Shown here: positions 40,671 to 50,351 of the stretch, in pieces
How the letters are laid out: every line of letters starts with the position of its first letter
How positions within the stretch are numbered: position 1 is the first letter of the stretch
Source of the DNA: Trueperaceae bacterium
Lineage (GTDB): Bacteria; Deinococcota; Deinococci; Deinococcales; Trueperaceae
Assembly (NCBI GenBank): GCA_965215565.1
Contig: CBDCDZ010000004.1
Location: forward strand, 2,944,001 to 3,008,000
Reading direction: 5' to 3'
Length of the DNA stretch: 64,000 bases
The notes under the pieces: generated by a model
Databases searched by the model: none
The model's input: the letters and a program-made list of their open reading frames with translations, nothing else
Told to the model about the DNA's origin: nothing
Translations under genes and position numbers: made by a program

Positions 40671-40930
40671 AGCTCGATATCGCCCTTTGGACCTTTAGGC
40701 AAGTGCTCACGGCGTTCTCTAGCTGTCTCTCGTCTTTTGGCTGTTTCAGTGGTGTCGACGGTGAAGCTCACGCGGCTTGCTTTACCCTTGGACACCGCAT
40801 CTACGTTGAGCCCGTCGCCCTCTCGAGCTTCTTCTGGCAGCCATTCGCGAGGTGCGTTGAAGAGTTCGCCGTCAGGTCTTTCTAAGACAGCCCAGCCGTT
40901 GTCTTCGAAGCGTTCGATGATGAAATGCAT
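40667..40930 (-). CDS. DUF3006-like small protein
   Basis: IIERFE..WAVLE, LPEEAREGD; coupled to the MBL gene. Confidence 0.8.
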   Translation of the reverse strand: MHFIIERFEDNGWAVLERPDGELFNAPREWLPEEAREGDGLNVDAVSKGKASRVSFTVDTTETAKRRETARERREHLPKGPKGDIEL

Positions 40931-41063
40931 AGGATTCAGTGTATATGCTTATTCCCCGACACTCAGGAAATTACTAACTTCGCTACTTCTTGTGACTCGG
41001 ATAAGGAAAGCATGTGTAATTGGGCTCTGGTGTGAAAATCTATATATCTCTAATTTTAGCTGA

Positions 41064-41315
41064 ATGCTTAAATGTTCAAACACTCATACTCCCCACATCA
41101 AATCTTGGCGGTGCTCTTTGCCTCTACCTCTGCAAGACGAAAAACTAGCACAAACCCATAAGCTCAAGCTCGCTCAGGGCTGGAAGCGCGTGGCAACTCT
41201 CCTTACTCCTGAGGAACATCGCAATCTCAAGCTGCGAGCAGTAGCAACCGGAGAGGACATGAGCGATATCTTGCGGGGCCTTGTGCTGCGGTATCTCGAG
41301 GAGAAGCCCTCGTGA
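41064..41315 (+). CDS. Small ribbon-helix-helix-like protein (true start probably further downstream)
   Basis: KRVATLLTPEEHRNLKLRAVATGEDMSDILRGLVLRYL; stop overlaps the helicase GTG. Confidence 0.55.
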   Translation: MLKCSNTHTPHIKSWRCSLPLPLQDEKLAQTHKLKLAQGWKRVATLLTPEEHRNLKLRAVATGEDMSDILRGLVLRYLEEKPS

Positions 41316-44254
41316 TTGGCGACATCGCGTCTTCTCTGTCTCAAGAAACGCTCGAAGTCCCCGTGCTTCCGAACGCACGGCAAACCAATTCCGCTCAAGA
41401 GCAAGCTGTCACCACCACTGAAGGACCGCTCCTTATCATCGCCGGACCCGGCTCGGGCAAGACGTTCACGCTCGTCGAACGCATCGTCCATCTGATTACG
41501 GAGAAGGGCGTCGCGCCAGAAGAACTCTTAGTCGTCACCTTCACAGACAAAGCCGCCGCCGAACTCACCACCCGCGTCTCGAACCGCCTCAGCGAGTGTG
41601 GCGTCAAGTTCAACCTTAACGAGATGTACCTAGGCACGTTTCACAGCCTCTGCCTGCGCTGGCTCGAGCGCTACCGCGAATTCACGCGCTTAAAGCGCTC
41701 CTTTACCCTCTTCGACGAGTTCGACCAGCAATACTTCCTCTACAGCAACCTTGCTGCATACGAAACGCTTCCCAACGCCGAGTTGCTCCTCGGCACGTCC
41801 AGACAGAGCCGTTGGTACAAAAGCCGCAACCTCTTAGGCTGGCTCAACACCGTGAGCGAGGAAGCGCTCGATGTCGCTGAGTTGCAGGCGGCACCCGAAG
41901 CTGAGGTGCGCGTCCTCGGTCAGGCGGCGGCGCTCTACTACCAGCAGCTCGAGGAAGCCAATGCGCTCGACTTCTCGACTATTCAGCGCGAGACACTCAA
42001 CCTCCTGCGCACCTATCCCGAGGTCCGAGGCGAAATCCAAGCTCAACTGCGCTACCTCATGGTGGACGAATATCAAGACACCAATACCATCCAAGAGGCG
42101 CTGCTCATGCTCCTGACCGGGGAGGAGGCGAACCTCTGTGTGGTCGGCGACGACGACCAGGGTCTGTACCGCTTCCGAGGCGCGACCATCCGCAACATCC
42201 TGGAGTTCCCGGAGCGCTTTCCCGACAAGAGATGCACCCAGATCAAGCTCGCCACCAACTACCGCTCGCCTCCTGAGGTCATCGACTTCTGTGGCGACTG
42301 GATGCGTGAGCAGGACTGGACCTACGGTGACCTTAGCTTTCGCTACCCTAAACGCACCCAAGCACGTGAGGGTACCTTCCCGGACACGCCGACGGTGGTG
42401 TCAGTCACCGCTGACCTGAAGCGCTGGCATCAGGAGGTCAAAGCCTTCCTGCACGCACTCCGTGACGAGGGACATCTCACCGACTGGAACCAGGTCGCCT
42501 TCTTGTTCCGCTCAGTTAAGAACAAGAAGGTTCGCGCTTTAGCCGACTACCTCGAAGCGGAAGGCATCCCCGTCCACGCGCCCCGCGCCAACCAGTTCTT
42601 TGACCGTGAAGAGATACGCCTCATGTTGGGTGCGCTGATGTTCCTCTTCCCCCAGTTCCCCCACGTCCGAGCGTGGCGCGACGACGTGCAGCTCGATATC
42701 TGGACCTACTACGACGAGCAGTGCGTGCGCCCCTTCGCGGCGGCGCTACGCCAGCCGGAGAATGCTGACTTACTCGCCTGGGCAAGAACCGTTGCCAAGC
42801 GTCACCTTCAGATGAACGAGAACGCCGACTACGGCTTCGCCGGGCTCTTCTACCAACTCCTGCGTTTCCCGCTCTTCAGCCGCTACTTGGACGAAGAGCT
42901 GCTCAAACGCGAAGGGGCGAGCGACACCCGCGCGATGCGCAACCTGGCGGTCTTTTCACAGCTCCTCAACAAGTTTGAGTACCTCCACCACCTCACCATC
43001 CTGACGAAAGACCACCTCGAGAGCAACCTGCGGACCCTCTTCAACCAGTTCCTGCGCTACCTCAAAGACGGCGGCATCGGTGAGTACGAGGGCGACGAGG
43101 CAAAAGCTCCTTCCGGCAGCGTCTCCTTCTTGACCATCCACCAGGCGAAAGGACTCGAGTTTCCGGTCGTCGTCGTTGGCTCGCTCGACGCTGTGCCGCG
43201 TAAGCAGTACAGCGACTTGGACGAGCGCTTAGAGCCCTATCTCTCGCGCCCCCCGTTTGAGCCGCTCCAATACACCAAGTTCTATGATTTCCGGCGGCTC
43301 TACTACACCGCCTTCTCGCGGGCACAAAATCTCCTCGCCCTCGCCTGCCCGATTAAGGTTGGGACCCATCCCTCCCCCTCGAAATACTTCCGAGACCAGG
43401 TCGAAGCGCTCCCAAGCTGGCGTGACACCTCGCTCGAGCACATTCCCTTAGAGACGATCCGAACAGCCAACCTCAAGCACGACTATTCGTTTACCTCGCA
43501 CCTCTCAATCTTCGAGACTTGCGCCGAGCAGTACCGCTTCTTCCGCGAACTCGCGTTCACGCCCGTGCGCACCAATCCCATCCTCTTCGGAACGCTCGTT
43601 CATCAGACCATCGAGGACATCCACAAGACGGTTTTGCGCGGCGAGGAGCAGAGGCTCAGCGAAACGCAGATTCAAGCTTGGTTCGACACGAACTACGCTT
43701 ACTTATCTAAGAAGGAGCGTGTCTACCTCACCTCGCTCATCAAAGGAATCGCGCTCGGTCATGTGATGCGCTACTACGACCGCTACCGGGGCGACTGGCA
43801 GCACGTGCGCGAGGCGGAGGTGGACGTGTCGCTCGTCAAGGACGACTACATCCTCTCGGGCACTATTGACCTCATCCAGGGTGAGAGAGACACGGTTGAG
43901 ATCGTGGATTTCAAGAGCGAGAAGAAGCCGGATGTGAACCACCCCGATGACCGTGACAAGATCGATCGCTACAGGCGGCAGCTTGACGTCTACGCTCACA
44001 TTGTCGAGGTGCGGACCGGGCTCGAGGTCAGTAAGACGCACCTCTACTACACGGGCGTCGAAAACGGCAACCCGCAGATCAGCTTTGACAAAAACACCAA
44101 ACGCCTAGAACGAACCGTAGAGCGCTTCGGCACGATTGTTCAGCGCATCGAAGACAAAGACTTTCGCATTCCCGAGCGCCCTATCAAGCAGTGCGGAGCG
44201 TGCGACATGCGCCACTACTGCGACGCCAAAAACTGGAGATTTTTAGATGATTGA
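41312..44254 (+). CDS. UvrD/REP (SF1) helicase fused to a C-terminal PD-(D/E)xK nuclease with Cys cluster
   Basis: AGPGSGKT, VDEYQD, VGDDDQGLYRFRGA, TIHQAKGLEF; GTIDLI..IVDFKS; C..., CGAC-x5-C. Confidence 0.92.
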   Translation: MIGDIASSLSQETLEVPVLPNARQTNSAQEQAVTTTEGPLLIIAGPGSGKTFTLVERIVHLITEKGVAPEELLVVTFTDKAAAELTTRVSNRLSECGVKFNLNEMYLGTFHSLCLRWLERYREFTRLKRSFTLFDEFDQQYFLYSNLAAYETLPNAELLLGTSRQSRWYKSRNLLGWLNTVSEEALDVAELQAAPEAEVRVLGQAAALYYQQLEEANALDFSTIQRETLNLLRTYPEVRGEIQAQLRYLMVDEYQDTNTIQEALLMLLTGEEANLCVVGDDDQGLYRFRGATIRNILEFPERFPDKRCTQIKLATNYRSPPEVIDFCGDWMREQDWTYGDLSFRYPKRTQAREGTFPDTPTVVSVTADLKRWHQEVKAFLHALRDEGHLTDWNQVAFLFRSVKNKKVRALADYLEAEGIPVHAPRANQFFDREEIRLMLGALMFLFPQFPHVRAWRDDVQLDIWTYYDEQCVRPFAAALRQPENADLLAWARTVAKRHLQMNENADYGFAGLFYQLLRFPLFSRYLDEELLKREGASDTRAMRNLAVFSQLLNKFEYLHHLTILTKDHLESNLRTLFNQFLRYLKDGGIGEYEGDEAKAPSGSVSFLTIHQAKGLEFPVVVVGSLDAVPRKQYSDLDERLEPYLSRPPFEPLQYTKFYDFRRLYYTAFSRAQNLLALACPIKVGTHPSPSKYFRDQVEALPSWRDTSLEHIPLETIRTANLKHDYSFTSHLSIFETCAEQYRFFRELAFTPVRTNPILFGTLVHQTIEDIHKTVLRGEEQRLSETQIQAWFDTNYAYLSKKERVYLTSLIKGIALGHVMRYYDRYRGDWQHVREAEVDVSLVKDDYILSGTIDLIQGERDTVEIVDFKSEKKPDVNHPDDRDKIDRYRRQLDVYAHIVEVRTGLEVSKTHLYYTGVENGNPQISFDKNTKRLERTVERFGTIVQRIEDKDFRIPERPIKQCGACDMRHYCDAKNWRFLDD

Positions 44255-46112
44255 GCAACCTTTGATTCAGAAATACGATGAGCGCGTGGAAGAGATGAAG
44301 TTTGAGCCCATCAAGGGCTATCCGATGCTGAACTGGCGAGGCAAACGACCTTTCACCAGCACCCAGTATTACCCGGCGCAGATCAAAGAGCGGCACGGGG
44401 AGCCGGTAGACGGTTGGATGAACAAGATTTACTGGGGCGACAATCTTCAGGTCATGAGTCACCTACTCAAGGAGTATCGAGGCAAAGTTCAACTTATTTA
44501 TATCGACCCTCCGTTTGATTCAAAGGCTGAATATAGAAAGGCAATATCGCTTTACAAAAAAGATATACGTAATGAGCTGACAGCGTTTGAGGAAAAACAA
44601 TATACAGATATATGGAGTAACGACGAGTATTTGCAGTTTATGTACGAACGTCTTGTTTTAGTTCGTGAATTGATGTCATCCACCGCAACTATATGGGTGC
44701 ACTGTGATTGGAGAAAGTCTGCAAGTCTTAAATTGATGCTTGACGAAGTTTTTGGCAAGTCACAATTTCGAGGACATGTAGTTTGGCGCAGTATGACATC
44801 GAGTGGCTTTAAAGGAAAAACTAGCTTAGGAAAAAGTCACGATGACCTTCTTTACTACTCTAAGAGCGAGTCAGCTTTTACGTACAATCCAGTTTTGATA
44901 CCCTATAGCAAAGAGTATTTAAGTGAGAGATTCAGTAAAATCGACGGAAATGGAAGACGCTTCAAAGATGAAAAAATAGGTACGGCGACTTCTGAAAAAA
45001 CTATAAAGCGTTTAGAAGAAGAAGATCGAATTTATATTACTTCAAATGGTACTAAGCGAGTTAAGCACTTTCTTGATGAAGCAGAGGGCTATCCAGCAGA
45101 TAATATCTGGACAGATATATCCGGTGAAAACTCGCAATCGAGTGAACAGACAGGCTATCCTACCCAGAAACCCGTCGCTCTATTAAAGAGAATAGTATCG
45201 ATGACGTCAAATCCAGGCGACATAGTCTTTGACTGTTTCATGGGCTCCGGTACAGCCCAAACTGTTGCTATGAAGTTGGGACGCCGTTTTTTAGGCGCGG
45301 ATATCAATCTAGGGGCTATTCAAACAACGACTAAGCGTCTTTTGAACGTAGCTGAATTGCTCGAGCCAGCCGAGCAACAATTTATAGCAGAGGAAACGGT
45401 CCCTTCTATCTACTACACTGGGTTCGAAGTTTATAACGTTAATCACTATGACGTGTTTCGTAATCCTCTAGAGGCGCGAGACCTTCTCCTCGAGGCGTTG
45501 GAGATCAATAAGCTCCCTCAGGGTCATCTCTTCGACGGCGAGAAAAACGGGCGCATGGTCAAACTTATGCCGGTCAACCGCATCGCCACCCGCGCCGACC
45601 TGACCGAGTTGATCAGCGGCTTCAACTATAAAGACCTTCAGAAGCGTCAAAATGAACACCCCACCAAGCCTGTCGAGAAGGTCACGCTCATTTGCATGGG
45701 TCATGAGCCCGACCTTGCTGCTCAGCTCAAAACTGAGATGCATCCCTTCGTCTTAGATGTCGAGGTCGTGGATGTGCTACGAGACAAGAAGGAGCTAACC
45801 TTCAAGCGCGATAGTGAAGCGAAGATCAATGTCGAGAACGGCACGCTTAGTATTGAGCGCTTTTACCCTATGAACCTCTTGCAGAAGCTCAGCTTAGAAA
45901 CTGAGAAGGTCGAGGACTGGCGCGAACTGGTCGAGTCGGTGATGATCGACTGGAACTACGACGGCGTGGTGCTCGAGCCCAAGACGGTGGACGTACCTGA
46001 TAAGAACGAGCTGGTAAGGGGTTTCTATCCCATCCCCGAGGACACTGGCACCATCCGTGTCAAGATCACCGACGTGCTCTCCGAGTCTTTAGAGGTGACC
46101 GTCAATGGCTAA
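44247..46112 (+). CDS. mod: Type III RM-like DNA methyltransferase (Mod, beta class)
   Basis: YIDPPF precedes YPTQKP and DCFMGSGT; overlaps both neighbours by 8 bp. Confidence 0.88.
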   Translation: MIEQPLIQKYDERVEEMKFEPIKGYPMLNWRGKRPFTSTQYYPAQIKERHGEPVDGWMNKIYWGDNLQVMSHLLKEYRGKVQLIYIDPPFDSKAEYRKAISLYKKDIRNELTAFEEKQYTDIWSNDEYLQFMYERLVLVRELMSSTATIWVHCDWRKSASLKLMLDEVFGKSQFRGHVVWRSMTSSGFKGKTSLGKSHDDLLYYSKSESAFTYNPVLIPYSKEYLSERFSKIDGNGRRFKDEKIGTATSEKTIKRLEEEDRIYITSNGTKRVKHFLDEAEGYPADNIWTDISGENSQSSEQTGYPTQKPVALLKRIVSMTSNPGDIVFDCFMGSGTAQTVAMKLGRRFLGADINLGAIQTTTKRLLNVAELLEPAEQQFIAEETVPSIYYTGFEVYNVNHYDVFRNPLEARDLLLEALEINKLPQGHLFDGEKNGRMVKLMPVNRIATRADLTELISGFNYKDLQKRQNEHPTKPVEKVTLICMGHEPDLAAQLKTEMHPFVLDVEVVDVLRDKKELTFKRDSEAKINVENGTLSIERFYPMNLLQKLSLETEKVEDWRELVESVMIDWNYDGVVLEPKTVDVPDKNELVRGFYPIPEDTGTIRVKITDVLSESLEVTVNG

Positions 46113-48684
46113 GGCGATGAACCTAGATTTCACCTTCTTTGCCGAGCTACACCGCTTCTACCAAGAGAAACGCGGCATGATCCGTAAGCATTACCGGGAC
46201 TTGACGAAGCGCTTTCTGGATTACAACGACCCCGAGAACGCGGGCGCGTTCTTGCGGACGCCCCAGTTCGAGGCGCTGGAGATGTACGTCTTCCTCAAGG
46301 AGTACCTAGACAACGCTAAGCTCCACGAGGTCTTCCGCGAGTGGGCGGAGTCCGAAGGTCGTTTCGAGGGACGCAGCCCCTACGTCCAGGGACTCTTTGA
46401 GGAGCGCGAAAGCTATGAGCCCGTCTTCAAGCAATTAGAAGACTTCGCCCGCAGCTACCCGAACTACATCTTCGCCCTGACGATGGGCACGGGTAAGACG
46501 ATCCTGATGGCAACGTGCATCTTCTATGAATTCCTGCTCGCCAACAAGTTCCCTAAAGACCCTCGCTACTGCCACAATGCACTGGTATTCGCGCCCGACA
46601 AAACAGTTCTCGGCTCGCTGCGCGAGATTCAGACCTTCGACATGAGCAAAGTCGTGCCGAGCGAGTACCAAGCGTTCCTCGCCTCGCACATCCAGTTCCA
46701 CTACTTAGACGAGGCGGGCACGAGCCTCAACACCCTGGACGGCTCGCGCTTCAACCTAATCGTCTCGAACACGCAGAAGATCATCCTAAAGCGCCAGACG
46801 AAGGAGAAAGGCGGGGCGGACAAGCTTTTCGAGAGCGGCCCAAGCACTTACGAACGCGGCGGGGTGTGGGACGGTCTGAGCGACCTCTACGACTTCTCCC
46901 AGGATGACACCGCGCTGACCTCCAATCAGCGATTCGAGAAGTTGCGCCGCTTGCCACAACTCGGCGTCTACATCGACGAGGCGCACCACGCCTTTGGCAA
47001 CGACCTTGCCAAGGACATGGGTCTCAAGAAGACCAAGACGAGCCTGCGCACGACGGTGGACGAACTCGCCGCTAACTTAGAAGCAAAAGGGTCTTTCGTC
47101 GTCGCCTGCTACAACTTCACCGGCACCCCATACGTCGGCTCGCAGGTGCTGCCCGAGGTGGTCTACGCCTACGGGCTCAACGAGGCGATTCGGCGCAGTT
47201 ATCTCAAGCAAGTGGCGATCAGCGGCTATAGCAACACCAAGAGCGAGGAATTTGTGCAGCTTGCAGTGGACGACTTCGTTAAACGGACCCAGGGGCTCGA
47301 GCCCGAGGGGATGCGCCCCAAGCTCGCCTTCTTCGCTGCCACCATCGACGAACTGACCCAGGACCTCCGCCCGGCGGTGGAAGAAGCTATCGCTAAGCAC
47401 GGCTTCGACCCGAGCACCATCCTCGTCAATGTGGGTGACCCGAAGAAGACCAGCAATGACGACCTGCGCGAGTTCAACCGGCTCGACACGCCCGCCTCGA
47501 CCAAGCAGTTCATCCTGCTCGTCAACAAGGGGCGCGAGGGCTGGAACTGCCGTTCGCTCTTCGGCGTCGCGCTCTTCCGCAAGCCGAAGTCTAAAATCTT
47601 TGTCCTCCAGGCGACCATGCGCTGCCTGCGCAGCATTGGCGAGGTGCAGCACACCGGGCACGTCTACCTCAGCGAGGAGAACTACCAGATTCTGGAGGAC
47701 GAGTTGCAGCAGAACTTCAGGGTCAGCGTCCAAGAGGTTCAGAAGGCGGGCAAAAGCAAGGTGCGCGTGCCCGTCAAGGTGATGCCGCCGCCCGTCAAGC
47801 TCAAGCTCAAGCGGGTGCGCAGGCTCTTCACCATGCGCGACAAGACGCTTTCCGAAGGGATCGACTTCGAACTTCACAAAGCGGACCGCGACAAGTACCG
47901 GCTCATCCGCTCACAGCAGCAGGGGCTCACGCCGGGCGACAAGGGCGTGCAAAAGGAGGACCTATCCCACCTACGGACGCAGTGTACCTTCACCGCGCTG
48001 ACGCTCGTCGCCGAGGTCGCCAAGTACCTTAACCGCTCACCTATCGAACTCGAGGAGCTGCTGGCGTCATCACGTGAAGGTATGACGACGCTACTCAAAG
48101 CCGTCAACGAGTTCAACGAGCTTCTCTACGATTGGGTGATTCCTCGCCTCTTCGGGGAACTCTACGACGTGCGCACCTATACTGATGATGAGCCTTACGA
48201 GGTCGAACTCATCAAGCTGCCGCCCGCACCTAGAGACCACTACCTCGTGTCGGCGGACGAGGAGCTGGTCGCGCTTCGCAGCGATGTCGGTCCTGAGCAG
48301 GCCGAGAAGAGCTTTCACCTGGACACCTACTGTTTTGACTCCAAACCCGAGCGAGACCTCTTCTGGCAGCTCCTCAACAGTGGCAAGATCAAGAAGCTCT
48401 ACTTCACGGGGATGCTGACCCACGGGCAGACCGACTTCTTCGTGCAGTACATTGATCCTGACTCACACGCCATCCGCTCCTATTACCCCGACTTCCTCGT
48501 TCAGAAAGAGGACGGCACGTATGTCATCGTCGAAGTCAAAGGCGATAACAAAATCGACGATCCCGTCGTTTTGGCTAAGCAGCGTTTTGCCGAGCAGATG
48601 GCGGAGGCGAGCGGGATGACCTATCGGATGGTCAAGGGGAGCGACAGTGCATCAGAGGTCGGCTTATCGCAGACGCTCAACTAA
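46105..48684 (+). CDS. res: Type III RM-like restriction subunit (SF2 helicase + PD-(D/E)xK nuclease)
   Basis: MGTGKT, IDEAHH, REGWN, YYPDFLV...IVEVKG. Confidence 0.88.
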   Translation: MAKAMNLDFTFFAELHRFYQEKRGMIRKHYRDLTKRFLDYNDPENAGAFLRTPQFEALEMYVFLKEYLDNAKLHEVFREWAESEGRFEGRSPYVQGLFEERESYEPVFKQLEDFARSYPNYIFALTMGTGKTILMATCIFYEFLLANKFPKDPRYCHNALVFAPDKTVLGSLREIQTFDMSKVVPSEYQAFLASHIQFHYLDEAGTSLNTLDGSRFNLIVSNTQKIILKRQTKEKGGADKLFESGPSTYERGGVWDGLSDLYDFSQDDTALTSNQRFEKLRRLPQLGVYIDEAHHAFGNDLAKDMGLKKTKTSLRTTVDELAANLEAKGSFVVACYNFTGTPYVGSQVLPEVVYAYGLNEAIRRSYLKQVAISGYSNTKSEEFVQLAVDDFVKRTQGLEPEGMRPKLAFFAATIDELTQDLRPAVEEAIAKHGFDPSTILVNVGDPKKTSNDDLREFNRLDTPASTKQFILLVNKGREGWNCRSLFGVALFRKPKSKIFVLQATMRCLRSIGEVQHTGHVYLSEENYQILEDELQQNFRVSVQEVQKAGKSKVRVPVKVMPPPVKLKLKRVRRLFTMRDKTLSEGIDFELHKADRDKYRLIRSQQQGLTPGDKGVQKEDLSHLRTQCTFTALTLVAEVAKYLNRSPIELEELLASSREGMTTLLKAVNEFNELLYDWVIPRLFGELYDVRTYTDDEPYEVELIKLPPAPRDHYLVSADEELVALRSDVGPEQAEKSFHLDTYCFDSKPERDLFWQLLNSGKIKKLYFTGMLTHGQTDFFVQYIDPDSHAIRSYYPDFLVQKEDGTYVIVEVKGDNKIDDPVVLAKQRFAEQMAEASGMTYRMVKGSDSASEVGLSQTLN

Positions 48685-48749
48685 GAAGGACTAAGATTAC
48701 AAGAGCAGAATGGACCATCGACGCTACATTGACGAGATAAGCTAACACC

Positions 48750-50225
48750 ATGAGCGTACAGGTCTACTTCTCTGACTATTTTCAGATCGACCCTGAGGTC
48801 ATAGAAGAATACGGCGCTTTAGACGTTTCACTCATCAACGACCTCCCCCTGTTCATCGATCCGTTCCTCTTGTTCGAGAGTGAAAAGAAAGAATATAAAG
48901 AGCTCCATCAGGAGCTGATTGACTACGTCATCTTTCTCAAAGACGCTGCGCTCAGCGGACCACTGGCAGAAGCCAGATTCAGGTCATGGTTTTACTTCCC
49001 CGAAGTCAAACAAAATTGGCTTGGGTTTAGCAAAAAGGGTAACCAGGGTGCAGGGCTCGGGAAAGATTTTGCGGAAGCGTTAAGTCGAAATCTAAGGGAT
49101 AGGTTTAGCGACTTTGGAGAGGAATCCGTTTCGCAAAGTCCCCACCTCGAGAAGCTCTGCCTCGTCAAAGAAGGGGTCGGGCGCGACAACATCAGCGACC
49201 TTACGGCTAACATCATTAAGCGCTATCTCTTGGAGTATACGCAGACGTTCGCACAACAGCACCTGCGGTCTGACCAGCGCCGCGCGTTTCCTGTGGATAG
49301 GGTGTCTTTTGACTACAACTTGAAGCGTTGGAAACGCGGGCGCTTCGAACTCCCAGTTTTCAACCGCGACTTCGTCCTGCTCACGCCTCGCGATATTCTG
49401 ACGAAAGAAGACACGTGGATTAACCGCACCGACTTGGGTGAATCGTTCGTAGAGATCGCCACCTCACTTCCTAATCCTCAGCTACGACAAGAGCTGAGCG
49501 ACATGCTTATCCAGGCGCTCAGGGCGAACCAAACTGTTTCTAAACGCGATGTGCAAGAGATGGCTACAGACCTAACCCTAAAGTACCCTGAGATTCTCGA
49601 TCACTTCATTCGATGGAAAGAGGAGCACGGGGAGAAGGCGAAGGCGATCAGTGCTGAGCGCGTCGGTGAGGTCGAGGACGTGTTCATTCGTGCAGTCAAA
49701 GGCTTCGTCGAACAGTTAGATAGCGCTACCGAGTTTTACCAAACTAGCGACGCGACCTTCGGTGAAGCGCTGAGAAAAGCACATTTCCTGAAAGACGTGA
49801 TTGAGAACAAAGACGGCTACCGCCTCTTCTACCAAGGTAACAAGCCCATCACAAGAGAGAGCGACCTACAGATTCTCTTTCGCCTCACTTGGGAGGGAAC
49901 CTCCTCCGACGTGAACCGGGAGGTGAACAACGGTCGTGGACCTGCTGATTTCACGGTTTCACGCGGCAGCCGCGATAAAACTGTTGTGGAGTTCAAGCTC
50001 GCCTCCAACAACAAACTGAAACAAAACCTTCAGAACCAGACGAAGATTTACGAACGGGCGAGCAACGCGAAACGCAGTGTCAAGGTGATCGTTTATTTCA
50101 ACAGAGCTGATCTGGCTAAAGTGCAGCGCGTCCTTGAGGACTTGAAGATGGTTGGTGATGAAGGCGTCGTGCTTATTGATGCAACAAGCGATAAACCTTC
50201 CGCTTCGAAAGCAAAGGAGTCGTGA
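48750..50225 (+). CDS. Hypothetical protein with C-terminal restriction-endonuclease-like motif
   Basis: REVNNGRGPADF...VVEFKLA...QTKIY pattern. Confidence 0.65.
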   Translation: MSVQVYFSDYFQIDPEVIEEYGALDVSLINDLPLFIDPFLLFESEKKEYKELHQELIDYVIFLKDAALSGPLAEARFRSWFYFPEVKQNWLGFSKKGNQGAGLGKDFAEALSRNLRDRFSDFGEESVSQSPHLEKLCLVKEGVGRDNISDLTANIIKRYLLEYTQTFAQQHLRSDQRRAFPVDRVSFDYNLKRWKRGRFELPVFNRDFVLLTPRDILTKEDTWINRTDLGESFVEIATSLPNPQLRQELSDMLIQALRANQTVSKRDVQEMATDLTLKYPEILDHFIRWKEEHGEKAKAISAERVGEVEDVFIRAVKGFVEQLDSATEFYQTSDATFGEALRKAHFLKDVIENKDGYRLFYQGNKPITRESDLQILFRLTWEGTSSDVNREVNNGRGPADFTVSRGSRDKTVVEFKLASNNKLKQNLQNQTKIYERASNAKRSVKVIVYFNRADLAKVQRVLEDLKMVGDEGVVLIDATSDKPSASKAKES

Positions 50226-50247
50226 AGCTGTGCTCGCACAGCTTCAC
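50222..50247 (+). terminator. Hairpin closing the RM operon
   Basis: GTGAAGCTGTG-CTCG-CACAGCTTCAC; no U tract. Confidence 0.5.
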
Positions 50248-50315
50248 CTAAGGGGGTGATTCTTCATGTCGCACCTCTATTTGGGTTACATAATACCCCA
50301 ATTTACCCTTTTCGG

Positions 50316-50344
50316 TTGACGCTTTCTCAAAAAAGTCCTATTAT
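50316..50344 (+). promoter_or_regulatory. Sigma70-type promoter (leaderless transcript)
   Basis: TTGACG-N17-TATTAT, 7 nt before the ATG at 50352. Confidence 0.7.
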
Positions 50345-50351
50345 CTAATGT

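Noticed and set aside
43480..44254. Cas4
   Set aside because: The Cys-cluster PD-(D/E)xK domain is fused to UvrD (AddB/AdnB-like) and has no CRISPR context.
48300..48684. Transposon TnsA
   Set aside because: The PDFLV..EVKG motif is the C-terminal nuclease of the Res subunit, fused to an SF2 helicase.
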